NCBI GenBank assembly: GCA_965208125.1
Contig: OZ242320.1
Coordinates: 256,001-320,000 of the forward strand
Origin: Candidatus Latescibacterota bacterium
Lineage (GTDB): Bacteria > Latescibacterota > UBA2968
Reading direction: 5' to 3'
Length of the DNA: 64,000 nt
Shown here piece after piece: positions 1-8,833 of the stretch (positions are counted from its first letter, which is position 1; each line of letters opens with the position of its first letter). The notes beneath the pieces are model-generated. The model ran no database searches and was not told the DNA's origin. It saw nothing but the letters and a program-made list of their open reading frames with translations. The translations under genes were made by a program, and so were the position numbers.

Positions 1-85
1 TCAAAGACCCCTGCGTGACAACGCCGATTTCGCCGCCATCCTGAATATTGGGCGAACCGTTTAGATTATTCCAGAGATCGTTCAT
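1..85 (-). CDS. herA: HerA-family ATPase, N-terminal fragment (runs off the window start)
   Basis: Manual translation from ATG at 85 gives MNDLWNNLNGSPNIQDGGEIGVVTQGSL. IGxVxQGSL resembles the start of the HAS barrel of bacterial HerA, and the ORF lies downstream of nurA and a HAS-barrel gene. Confidence 0.6.
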   Translation of the reverse strand, partial: MNDLWNNLNGSPNIQDGGEIGVVTQGSL

Positions 86-122
86 AAAAGATAGCTTTCA
101 TCCGTTCTTACACTCTTCAAAC

Positions 123-719
123 TTATTGCGAAATCCGCCGCATAATAGAACTCAGGCGGTCGTAGTCGTCGCGGATAAGGCGACACAGGTCTTTGCCGAT
201 ACTCACCAGATAGGGCATATCCGAAGCACGGGCTGCCCATGCATTTCTCACCGAGGCGATGATCAGATCGTCGGCGGGCAGGCGGTTGCCACATAAAATG
301 CTGCGGAGAAAATCCCCGCTATTGGTCAGAGCTTTAATTTCCGATTCGGTACAGGGAAAAACAAAGCTGTGAATCCCGGGCGGTTGCGGGGGCAGGACCT
401 GTTGCGGACCGCGGTCGTCGCCATAGCCAATAATAACGGCTTCAAATTCAGTTTTGAGAAGTTCAAAAATTTGCGGTTGCTCTTCGCGCAATTCTTGCTC
501 GGTAAGCCCATACGCCGTGGCGCGTCGGTTGGGTTCAATAGAGTGCGTACACACATTGAAAACCAGACCATATACAGGCAATGCGCCAAGCGTCTTAACA
601 AAGGAACCAAATGGCGGCGCGCCATTTAGCTCCCGGCTTTCAGAAGTAAATTGCGAAGTAGAGCTTTCGACAATTTCGCCAATATATTCAGTGCTGATAT
701 CAATAGAAGAAAGAGCCAT
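123..719 (-). CDS. Stand-alone HAS-barrel domain protein (NurA/HerA-associated)
   Basis: IGEIVESSTSQF..APPFGSFVK..EEQPQIFELLKTEF..LPPQPPGIH pattern; directly downstream of nurA. Confidence 0.8.
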   Translation of the reverse strand: MALSSIDISTEYIGEIVESSTSQFTSESRELNGAPPFGSFVKTLGALPVYGLVFNVCTHSIEPNRRATAYGLTEQELREEQPQIFELLKTEFEAVIIGYGDDRGPQQVLPPQPPGIHSFVFPCTESEIKALTNSGDFLRSILCGNRLPADDLIIASVRNAWAARASDMPYLVSIGKDLCRLIRDDYDRLSSIMRRISQ

Positions 720-731
720 AAAAAAACCTCT

Positions 732-1976
732 CTATACTGCCGCAGCTATTTTTTTAAGTTGTTTGAGCGACTGTTCAGTTTTGATATTATTTTTTACAAA
801 AGCGTCTTTTAAGAACTTAAAAAATATATCGCGGTCGGCCCCGCGCACAATGGCGCGTTCGTGGGATTCCGATAAGACGACGGGATATCCGCGCCCCTTA
901 TCGATCTGATCGACAACCGTGGCGTGTACGAGATCGAGCAACTCGCGGTCTTTGGCAACCCATTCGGGAATTTCGACGCGTCCAATTTCCCAACCCGTGT
1001 GTACGTAAAAAAAGCAGATGCGGTGGGGACCGTAGTCCTCGAGGATTTTAGACGCGCTGCGATAAACACCACTGCGCTCGCCGCGTTTGAGTCTGCGGGC
1101 ATACAGCATATCGTCGGTAACGCCGGCAATGGGTTCACAGGGAATGGGCGCAGGCGGTTCGGAATCCCCATCAAAATCGAGAAGATGCTGCGCTTCGGCT
1201 GCTTTCCACGGACACTTGTCGCAGTTGGGAGGCTGTTCGGGACAAAGGCCCACGCGCAAGGCATTGAGCACATCGGCACTGCCGGGATCTGAAATATACC
1301 CGACAATGGGAACGCGGAGTTCGCGCAGACGCTCCAAACCAGCGAGTGTGGTCTGAAGAGTTTCGCGGCGAAAATCGTAGGGTTTGCCTTCGAGCATCCA
1401 CAAAATCAGGGTGCCATCGGTCAGCCCAACACAGGTTCGGCCCTCTGCGTGCGCCAGAGCAGAGAGGGTAACTACCTTTTCGAGTTCCATAGCATTGCGT
1501 CGCACGCCAACGACTTCTCGAGTGATTGGACTGCGCTTGCCCGCCCATTCCTGATAGAGGTCGTCTTCATCGTAAAAAAGCGTTGGTTCGCTGTTTAACA
1601 CCGGACGTTCTCCCGTGCCGTAATGAATGACGACATAGCCAATATTGATCAAAAAACAATTGGCGACTTCGTGCCGATCGGGAAAAATCTGGGATCCATC
1701 GGCGGCAATAACGGTGAGTTCTTTTGGACGGTCGGGTTTTGGACACGCCTCGGTAATCGGCCCGCCGAGTTGGGCAACCAGCCAGGAAGTGCGGCTACGC
1801 GCAATTTTAACACTTAGGGTTTCCCAAGCATCTTCCCAGCGGTCCATTTCGGAACACGCGAGATCAATGCGAGCAAAAAAGTCGTCTTGCAGACTACTGG
1901 CATCAACCGCCATCTGGTCAATCTGGCGTTTGAGCAAACCGTAATCGAGCATAAGAGACTCCAGGGAACGAATCAC
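732..1976 (-). CDS. nurA: NurA-family nuclease (DNA double-strand break processing)
   Basis: Motifs IAADGSQI, LTDGTL and GYPVVLSESHERA; 414 aa; Cys-rich insertion CPEQPPNCDKC..PC. Confidence 0.9.
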   Translation of the reverse strand: MIRSLESLMLDYGLLKRQIDQMAVDASSLQDDFFARIDLACSEMDRWEDAWETLSVKIARSRTSWLVAQLGGPITEACPKPDRPKELTVIAADGSQIFPDRHEVANCFLINIGYVVIHYGTGERPVLNSEPTLFYDEDDLYQEWAGKRSPITREVVGVRRNAMELEKVVTLSALAHAEGRTCVGLTDGTLILWMLEGKPYDFRRETLQTTLAGLERLRELRVPIVGYISDPGSADVLNALRVGLCPEQPPNCDKCPWKAAEAQHLLDFDGDSEPPAPIPCEPIAGVTDDMLYARRLKRGERSGVYRSASKILEDYGPHRICFFYVHTGWEIGRVEIPEWVAKDRELLDLVHATVVDQIDKGRGYPVVLSESHERAIVRGADRDIFFKFLKDAFVKNNIKTEQSLKQLKKIAAAV

Positions 1977-2536
1977 ACAATTGATTCATAAAAAAATTGC
2001 CGACCACCGCCGGGAACGCTGCCATCGCGCACGCGGCACACGAGACCCATTTTTTGAAGGGCATTGAGCCGATTGCATGCGATATTAATATTTTTATGCA
2101 GTGCGTGGGCAAACTCAGAAGACGTGCCTTTTTTTCGAATCAACACAACGTCAAGGGCTTCTCGAATGGGCGTTTTGAGCACACCAAGCACATGAATATC
2201 GCCTTCGTCATCTTTGAAAAGCGCGGCCAGGTCGCGCAATTTGAGCACGGCCTCAAAGGTCTCGCGCACAGAATCATTGGCATTCTGGATAAAGGTAAAG
2301 CGATTGCCAAGCTCCCCACTGCCAATACGCATGAGGAGTTTGCAGAGCAACTCGTCGGCACAGGAGATATCGATAAACGAGACATTGGCAAAATCGAGAG
2401 GTGTAACCGCATCGTCATCGGCTGTTTGCATAAATGCCATAAGCTGATTGAGAAGGACTTCACCTCGATCACGCCCACTCAGAATGCCCGTAGGCGTCTC
2501 AAAAACGAAAGGGGGGGTTTGTTCAAGCATGCTCAT
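1973..2536 (-). CDS. STAS-like (DUF4325-like) domain fused to a C-terminal winged-helix DNA-binding domain
   Basis: LDFANVSFIDISCADELL STAS-like motif; C-terminal TSSEFAHALHKNINIACNRLNALQKMGLVCRV..GGGRQFFY wHTH; 4-nt overlap with nurA. Confidence 0.7.
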   Translation of the reverse strand: MSMLEQTPPFVFETPTGILSGRDRGEVLLNQLMAFMQTADDDAVTPLDFANVSFIDISCADELLCKLLMRIGSGELGNRFTFIQNANDSVRETFEAVLKLRDLAALFKDDEGDIHVLGVLKTPIREALDVVLIRKKGTSSEFAHALHKNINIACNRLNALQKMGLVCRVRDGSVPGGGRQFFYESIV

Positions 2537-2773
2537 CGTCCCTTAAAATTCGGTTAAAATTCTATTTGTGGGGATTGGGGGAACGATGGGGAAGATATTA
2601 CTTAATTGAATTCAGTTAAGTTATCGGAACTTAGGTGTTCTGAAATCATATGTCAAGTATTTTTTTGAGATTTGGTGCAGTGCTTGCAAATACAGTGCGT
2701 GTGAGATATATTTCTTTATGTCATAATTAAACACGCGAAAACACATGGGTTTGCCTCTGACCCTCATAAAGGC

Positions 2774-3403
2774 TTGAATGTGAATCCTCCGGCATCCAAA
2801 GATCAAATGCCCATTTGGCGCGACGATGGCGCAATATTGCAAGTCAATGAAATTTTCTATTCCATAGAAGGCGAGGGCCTGCGCGTGGGACAACCCACAA
2901 CATTTGTCAGGCTCGCGCGTTGTAATTTGCGCTGCTTTTTTTGCGATACGGAATTTGATTCTTTTGAGGAAATGACCATTGCTCAAATTGTCGATGAGGT
3001 CATGCATCATCCTGCAAAGTGGGTGTGTTTGACCGGAGGAGAGCCACTGGGGCAAAATATCACGCCACTGTGCAGGAAACTCGTCAGCGCGGGTTTTCGG
3101 TTGCACATCGAGACAAATGGAACGATTGATCCAGATCCAATTTTATGCGACCTGATTGAACACTGGACCGTATCGCCCAAACGACAAAAAATTGCCGATG
3201 GTCTCACGCATATCACCGAACTCAAATACGTGGTGGGCAAAGCGTTTTGCGAAACTATAGTCGATGAAAACCGTGCAAAACATATTTATTTACAGCCCGA
3301 ATCGAGCAAACCCCAATACATTCATAAGGCATTGGAAATTTTGTCGCGACATCCCAACTGGCGGTTGTCGTGTCGCATTCACAAAATGTTGCACTTGCCA
3401 TAG
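2774..3403 (+). CDS. queE: 7-carboxy-7-deazaguanine synthase (radical SAM); start may be ATG 2807
   Basis: EIFYSIEGEG, FVRLARCNLRCFFCDT (CxxxCxxC), LTGGEP, HIETNG, IYLQP. Confidence 0.9.
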   Translation: MNVNPPASKDQMPIWRDDGAILQVNEIFYSIEGEGLRVGQPTTFVRLARCNLRCFFCDTEFDSFEEMTIAQIVDEVMHHPAKWVCLTGGEPLGQNITPLCRKLVSAGFRLHIETNGTIDPDPILCDLIEHWTVSPKRQKIADGLTHITELKYVVGKAFCETIVDENRAKHIYLQPESSKPQYIHKALEILSRHPNWRLSCRIHKMLHLP

Positions 3404-3415
3404 GGAGACAGGTAC

Positions 3416-4417
3416 ATGATTAAACTGGGTATGATCGGATGTGGTGGCATGGGGGGTGCCCACATGCGGCGGTTTCACACACTGAGTGATCGGGTCACAT
3501 TGGCCGCTGCTGTCGATGTTGTGCCAGAACGCGCAGAAGCGGTCGCCCAGCAATTTCCGGGAGCCTGTGTAGCAACAGATTATCGCGAGATTTTAGACTC
3601 GGTAGATGCCGTATTGCTCGCCCTACCCCACCATTTGCACTTTTCCGTAGGACAGGCATGCCTCAATGCTGGCGTTCATGTCTTGCTCGAAAAACCCATG
3701 GCAAATTACGAAGTCGCCTGCAAAGAACTGATTGAGGCATCTGAAACCTCGGGCAAAGTGCTGATGATTGCGTATTGCATGCGCTTTCATCCAATTGTAC
3801 AGCATTTGAAAACACTGCTGGATGAAGGCGCGTACGGCGATGTATTTCAAGTGTCGATCTGGACCGAGCAACTCACCCGGTATCCTCCCGATCACTGGGC
3901 ATCGAGCAAAGAGCGATTGGGCGGAGGGCAGTTGTTTAGTCACGGCTGTCATTATATCGATTTGTTGCTCTGGTTTTTGGGGCGCCCCGTGCGGGGCATG
4001 CACATGGGCACAAATTTTGGTACGCCGTGGATGGAACGAGAAGGCACGAGTAATGTGACGATGGAATTTGAAGATGGCCGACTGGGATATCACTTTGGCA
4101 CCTGGGGTGCGCGGGGCACCCGGTTGCGATACTCGATCCACGCGCATTGCACAGAAGGTTTGCTCGATGCCAATCTCTCAGGTGGCAAACTCGTGCATAT
4201 CATGCGCGGTCAAGAGAAAATTTTGTTCGAAACAGAGCCAGGCAAACATACGGAAAATGAGATGGCCCATTTTCTCGATTGCATTGAAACCGGACAAACA
4301 CCACTGACAGACGGCAGAAGCAGCTTGCAGGGATTGCGCGTGATCTGGCGGCTATATGAAGCTGAACAAGCAGGGCATATTGCAGATTTGACGGGTTTGG
4401 GTTTAGATGACGTCTAA
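3416..4417 (+). CDS. Gfo/Idh/MocA-family oxidoreductase
   Basis: GCGGMG Rossmann motif, HVLLEKP, GGGQLFSHGCHYIDL. Confidence 0.9.
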   Translation: MIKLGMIGCGGMGGAHMRRFHTLSDRVTLAAAVDVVPERAEAVAQQFPGACVATDYREILDSVDAVLLALPHHLHFSVGQACLNAGVHVLLEKPMANYEVACKELIEASETSGKVLMIAYCMRFHPIVQHLKTLLDEGAYGDVFQVSIWTEQLTRYPPDHWASSKERLGGGQLFSHGCHYIDLLLWFLGRPVRGMHMGTNFGTPWMEREGTSNVTMEFEDGRLGYHFGTWGARGTRLRYSIHAHCTEGLLDANLSGGKLVHIMRGQEKILFETEPGKHTENEMAHFLDCIETGQTPLTDGRSSLQGLRVIWRLYEAEQAGHIADLTGLGLDDV

Positions 4418-4634
4418 TAAGTTTCGAAAATTCAATGAATTGAGGTAGTGATACTATCTCCACAATTGGGTAATTTCCGCTTGACACTCCGATACTCTTA
4501 TTATAGATTTATCAGACTTTGGCAGGTTTCTATCTTTTAATCTCATTGCTGAGGGATATCTGCGGGCGAAACTGCTCACCGAACGGTACCACGATTTCAC
4601 ATTTCGCGCCGGCAATTCCCGAGCGCGCTTTTTT

Positions 4635-6569
4635 ATGTCCAAAAACCATTTCATAACTATTACGCTTCCCGACGGTTCAACCAAAGAAATTGAGCGCAGC
4701 ACAACTGTGCTACAAGTGGCCGAATCCATCGGTGCAGGCCTTGCCCGCGCAGCATTAGCCGGGCGAGTTGATGGTCGAGCTGTGGATCTGAGTTACCCGA
4801 TTACTTCAGATGCTGCGGTTGAGATTTTGACTTTTTCTGACGATGGAGGCAAAGAGGTTTACTGGCACAGCACCGCACATGTGATGGCACAAGCCGTGCA
4901 GGATTTGTTTCCCGATGCCAAAGTAACCATTGGTCCGCCCATTGAAAATGGATTCTACTACGATTTTGATGTCGATCGGCCGTTTACACCCGATGAACTA
5001 AAAAAAATTGAAGCGCGAATGCTGGAAATTGTCAAAGAAGACCAGCCCTTTTCTCGCGAGGAAGTCTCGCGCGATGAGGCTTCTGCGCGTTTTCAAAATT
5101 TGGGTGAATCCTACAAAATCGAGCTTTTAGATGCCATTGCGCCCGATGAGACCGTGAGCATCTACAAAAATGCCAGGTGGTTTGATCTGTGTCGGGGACC
5201 ACACCTGCCGTCAACAGGGCGCATTAAGGCCATCAAGTTATTAAACGCATCCGGGGCTTATTGGCGGGGCGATGAAAACAACAAAATGCTGCAACGCATC
5301 TACGGTATCTCATTTCCCGGCAAAAAAGAATTGCAGGCATATCTCGACAAACTCGAAGAAGCCAAACGCCGAGATCACCGCACTTTGGGCGTGCAGTTAG
5401 ACCTGTATTCGATAAATGAAAATGTAGGTCCCGGCCTGGTGCTCTGGCATCCTAAGGGAATGCGCATTCGGCACGAAATTGAATCATTCTGGCACAGTGC
5501 TCATTTCGATGGCGGATATGAACTCGTTGGCTCCCCTCATATTGGACGATCTACCCTGTGGAACACAAGCGGACATCTGGATTTTTTTCGCGAAAATATG
5601 TACGCGCCGATGGATATCGACGGACAGGAATATTTCGCCAAACCCATGAATTGTCCATTTCACAGCATGATTTACAAAAGTCGTCGTCGAAGTTATCGCG
5701 AGTTGCCATTGCGTTGGGCAGAAATGGGAACGGTTTACCGGTATGAACCGGCGGGAGTACTGCACGGGCTTTTGCGAGCGCGCGGATTTACACAGGATGA
5801 CGCGCATATCTTTTGCCGCCCAGACCAGGTCGAAAGTGAAATTAAACAGACCATAGATTTTACGCTATTTATTCTGCGGTCATTTGGTCTCGAAGATTTT
5901 AAGATCGATATTTCCACACGACCCGAAAAAGCCGTAGGTGACCCTCGCGACTGGGATATGGCGACAAATGCCTTGAAAGCCGCGATAGATGCACAGGGCT
6001 TACAATATGGCATTGACGAAGGCGGCGGCGCATTTTACGGACCCAAAATTGACGTGCAAATTAGAGATGCACTGGGGCGTGAATGGCAGTGTTCGACAAT
6101 TCAGTTTGACTTCAACCTGCCCGAGCGATTCGATCTGACTTTTGCCGGTCAAGATGGCAAGATGCACCGCCCCTATATGGTACATCGCGCGCTTTTGGGG
6201 TCAATGGAACGGTTCTTTGGCACACTCATCGAGCATTATGCCGGCAATTTCCCCGTATGGTTGGCCCCCGTACAGGCTGTTATTTTACCTGTATCGGATC
6301 GTTTCATCGACTATGCACAGCAAGTTGCCAGATTGCTTCGAAATGATCAGGTTCGCGTTGAAGTAGATGATCAGGATGCCAAATTGGGCTACAAAATTCG
6401 AGAGGCAGAAGTTCAAAAAGTACCCTATATGCTTATTGTTGGCGCACGAGAAGTTGAGAATGGCACGGTGTCGGTTCGCCGTCATGGACAGGGGGACCTG
6501 GGTGCACTAAGCCTGGAAAATTTAATCGCGCGCATTCAGCAAGAGGTCGAATCCAAACAGTTTTCATAA
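4635..6569 (+). CDS. thrS: Threonine--tRNA ligase
   Basis: N-terminal TGS domain, HSTAH editing motif, DLCRGPH, KPMNCP, RGFTQDDAH, FYGPKID, HRALLGSMERF. Confidence 0.98.
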   Translation: MSKNHFITITLPDGSTKEIERSTTVLQVAESIGAGLARAALAGRVDGRAVDLSYPITSDAAVEILTFSDDGGKEVYWHSTAHVMAQAVQDLFPDAKVTIGPPIENGFYYDFDVDRPFTPDELKKIEARMLEIVKEDQPFSREEVSRDEASARFQNLGESYKIELLDAIAPDETVSIYKNARWFDLCRGPHLPSTGRIKAIKLLNASGAYWRGDENNKMLQRIYGISFPGKKELQAYLDKLEEAKRRDHRTLGVQLDLYSINENVGPGLVLWHPKGMRIRHEIESFWHSAHFDGGYELVGSPHIGRSTLWNTSGHLDFFRENMYAPMDIDGQEYFAKPMNCPFHSMIYKSRRRSYRELPLRWAEMGTVYRYEPAGVLHGLLRARGFTQDDAHIFCRPDQVESEIKQTIDFTLFILRSFGLEDFKIDISTRPEKAVGDPRDWDMATNALKAAIDAQGLQYGIDEGGGAFYGPKIDVQIRDALGREWQCSTIQFDFNLPERFDLTFAGQDGKMHRPYMVHRALLGSMERFFGTLIEHYAGNFPVWLAPVQAVILPVSDRFIDYAQQVARLLRNDQVRVEVDDQDAKLGYKIREAEVQKVPYMLIVGAREVENGTVSVRRHGQGDLGALSLENLIARIQQEVESKQFS

Positions 6570-6618
6570 CGCACCATGCGTTTGTGAGATTCATATATCC
6601 AACCTGGAGGTGATCGCA

Positions 6619-7161
6619 ATCAATAGAGGCTCAAGAAGTCGAGATACCAGACGAGAAATCGGGCCACGCGTGAATCGGCAGATTCGCATTCCACAAGTTC
6701 GCTTGATCGGTGAATCGGGTGCTCAAGTTGGCATTGTAGAAACGAGCAAAGCCCTGACAATGGCTCAGGGAGCCGGACTTGATCTGGTCGAAGTCGCGCC
6801 AAATGCACGCCCACCTGTTTGCCGGATTATGGATTACGGTAAATACCGGTATGAGCGAGGGAAAAAAGCCAGAAAAAATCGTCAGAGTGCCTCGCAATTA
6901 AAAGAAATTCGGATGCGTGTTCGTATCAGCGATCACGATTATCAATTTAAGCTCAGACATGCTGAGAGATTTTTGACCCAGCGCCATAAAGTGCGGATTG
7001 TTATTGAGTTTTATGGACGAGAAAATGCACATCGCGATATGGGCCGCGACTTATTGCAGCGCATTGAAGACGATTTGCAACATATTGGACAGATCGAAAC
7101 TCATCCCCGAGACGAAGGGCGAAAGCTCGTGATGATTGTCGCTCCTAAATCTCAGTCGTAG
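6619..7161 (+). CDS. infC: Translation initiation factor IF-3 (probable non-canonical ATC start at 6619)
   Basis: LDLVEVAPNARPPVCRIMDYGKY; thrS-infC-rpmI-rplT order. The SD GGAGGTGAT (6606-6614) overlaps the track's GTG, so ATC 6619 has the better spacing. Confidence 0.95.
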   Translation: MNRGSRSRDTRREIGPRVNRQIRIPQVRLIGESGAQVGIVETSKALTMAQGAGLDLVEVAPNARPPVCRIMDYGKYRYERGKKARKNRQSASQLKEIRMRVRISDHDYQFKLRHAERFLTQRHKVRIVIEFYGRENAHRDMGRDLLQRIEDDLQHIGQIETHPRDEGRKLVMIVAPKSQS

Positions 7162-7205
7162 TCCGCTTCAACTGATCTGTGAGGTTGTCCTCAAAGGAGT
7201 TTATC

Positions 7206-7400
7206 GTGCCTAAAATGAAAACTCATAGTGGTGCCAAAAAGCGTTTCAAAAAGCGCAGTTCTGGCAAAATCAGACGTCGCCAGGCCACCGCAGCGCACAA
7301 TTTGATTAAAAAGACGAGCAAGCGCAAACGAAGCCTCCGTATGTCGGCTCATGTTCACGACTCTGACCAAAGCCGCGTCAATCGCCTGCTGGCGTCTTGA
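7206..7400 (+). CDS. rpmI: 50S ribosomal protein L35
   Basis: GTG start after AAGGAG; [15 protein letters not shown]. Confidence 0.95.
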   Translation: MPKMKTHSGAKKRFKKRSSGKIRRRQATAAHNLIKKTSKRKRSLRMSAHVHDSDQSRVNRLLAS

Positions 7401-7435
7401 CAGGGGTTGGTGATCACTGTTCATTGGAGATTAAA

Positions 7436-7789
7436 ATGCCGAGAGTAACCAACAGTCCTGCATCGAGACGCAGGCGAAAAAAAATTCTAAAACAAGCCAA
7501 AGGCTATCGGGGAGGGCGTAGCAAACTGCTTCGCACAGCCAGCAATGCCGTGGATCGCGCATTGCAATACGCCTATCGCGATCGCAGACAAAAGAAAAGA
7601 AACTTTAGAGCATTGTGGATTGCGCGAATCAACGCCGCGGCCAGACAACACGGATTGACCTACAGCCGATTTATGGCGGGTTTAAAGCGCGATGGTATCG
7701 ATATCAACCGCAAAGTATTGGCTAATTTAGCCGTAACCGACGCCAATGCATTTGCCGCATTGGCCGAAAGGGTTAAGCAAAACGCCTGA
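7436..7789 (+). CDS. rplT: 50S ribosomal protein L20
   Basis: [50 protein letters not shown]. Confidence 0.97.
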   Translation: MPRVTNSPASRRRRKKILKQAKGYRGGRSKLLRTASNAVDRALQYAYRDRRQKKRNFRALWIARINAAARQHGLTYSRFMAGLKRDGIDINRKVLANLAVTDANAFAALAERVKQNA

Positions 7790-7805
7790 GTATCTCATTG
7801 ATTCC

Positions 7806-7843
7806 AAAAAGCGAAATCCGGCACAGTGTGGATTTCGCTTTTT
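7806..7843 (+). terminator. Intrinsic terminator after rplT
   Basis: AAAAAGCGAAATCC-N10-GGATTTCGCTTTTT inverted repeat. Confidence 0.85.
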
Positions 7844-7945
7844 GCATGAGGGTCAAATCCTCTTGGGGTGAGCTTGACTTTCGGGTAAGATGATGTTAAA
7901 TTGCCTTTATATTCAACAGCTTTCGATTTTTTTTAAGGAGCAGAC

Positions 7946-8419
7946 ATGGATATTAACCCCTGGACAGTGAGAAATGCGAAAGAAGAAGAGGAAGCAGAAG
8001 AAGTCGATGGTAACGCCGAGACTGTCGCTGAAGAATTAGAAGAAGTTAAAGATAACGCTGAGACTGTGGAAGACGCCGAAGAAGTAGAGGAAGTTGGAGA
8101 AGAAGTAGATCTAACGGATATTAACGCTGGGGCAGTAGCGGAGGGAGTGGATCGGCTCGTTGAGGCAATCAACAGCGCCGTTGCAACCATCGAAGATTTG
8201 CGTCGTGAAAATGCCGAATTGAAGCAACAGAATCAGGCATTGCAGTCAGATATATCGCGCCTTGAAGAAGAGCAAGTGGCTCTGTGTGGCGAGCGGGACC
8301 GATTGCAAGCCATTTACAACGACAATGTGCTTCTGATAGACAATAAGGCGGAAATCCTGAATAAGGTCGAGGCAATGTTGCAGCGCCTCAATTCCTTAAA
8401 CCCCGAAAAAAATGAGTGA
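7946..8419 (+). CDS. ZapB-like coiled-coil cell division protein with an acidic N-terminal extension
   Basis: Heptad coiled coil in the C-terminal half; overlaps zapA; SD AAGGAG. Confidence 0.65.
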   Translation: MDINPWTVRNAKEEEEAEEVDGNAETVAEELEEVKDNAETVEDAEEVEEVGEEVDLTDINAGAVAEGVDRLVEAINSAVATIEDLRRENAELKQQNQALQSDISRLEEEQVALCGERDRLQAIYNDNVLLIDNKAEILNKVEAMLQRLNSLNPEKNE

Positions 8420-8697
8420 TGTCTGTTTTGTCCGACGTGCGCGTTCAGATATTTGGCTCAGAATATCGCATTGCCAGTGAAACTGATCCAGAACACATTC
8501 GCAAGGTGGCGAGTTATATCGATCAGAAAATGCGAGAAATAGCCAGTGCCCTTGCACTCCGTACCAGATCAAAAGTAGCTGTATTGACGGCTGTGAATTT
8601 GGCTGATGAGCTTTTTAAGATAGAGGAAGAAGGTCGCCGAATAGATCGGATTACACGCGAAAAAGCCGATCAACTCGCAGACTCGGTCAACCTTTAG
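8419..8697 (+). CDS. zapA: Cell division protein ZapA
   Basis: VRVQIFGSEYRI..VASYIDQKMREI..VAVLTAVNLADELF. Confidence 0.92.
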   Translation: MSVLSDVRVQIFGSEYRIASETDPEHIRKVASYIDQKMREIASALALRTRSKVAVLTAVNLADELFKIEEEGRRIDRITREKADQLADSVNL

Positions 8698-8698
8698 C

Positions 8699-8818
8699 TC
8701 ACGATCGGAAGCGAGTAAATCGCACAATGCGAGTGTGAGACAAGCTATCTCACGGGATTGTGAAACCCCGCCGCGTTTGTCCTTAAAGGTGAGCACAAGC
8801 GCAGTGGGGATTTCTTTT
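8699..8818 (+). ncRNA. Candidate structured RNA between zapA and rny (6S-locus position, or rny leader/attenuator)
   Basis: Visible stems: 8699-8706/8756-8763, 8711-14/8720-23, 8735-40/8748-53, and a long hairpin 8762-8814 followed by a U-rich tail. Shorter than a canonical 6S RNA. Confidence 0.4.
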
Positions 8819-8833
8819 ACAATGGAGAAAGTC

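Noticed and set aside
1-1976. HerA as part of a Sir2-HerA-type anti-phage system
   Set aside because: The partners are NurA and a HAS-barrel protein, the repair-type context; no sirtuin or other effector is visible.
4420-4634. tRNA gene or T-box upstream of thrS
   Set aside because: No cloverleaf, TTCGA T-loop or T-box consensus could be found.
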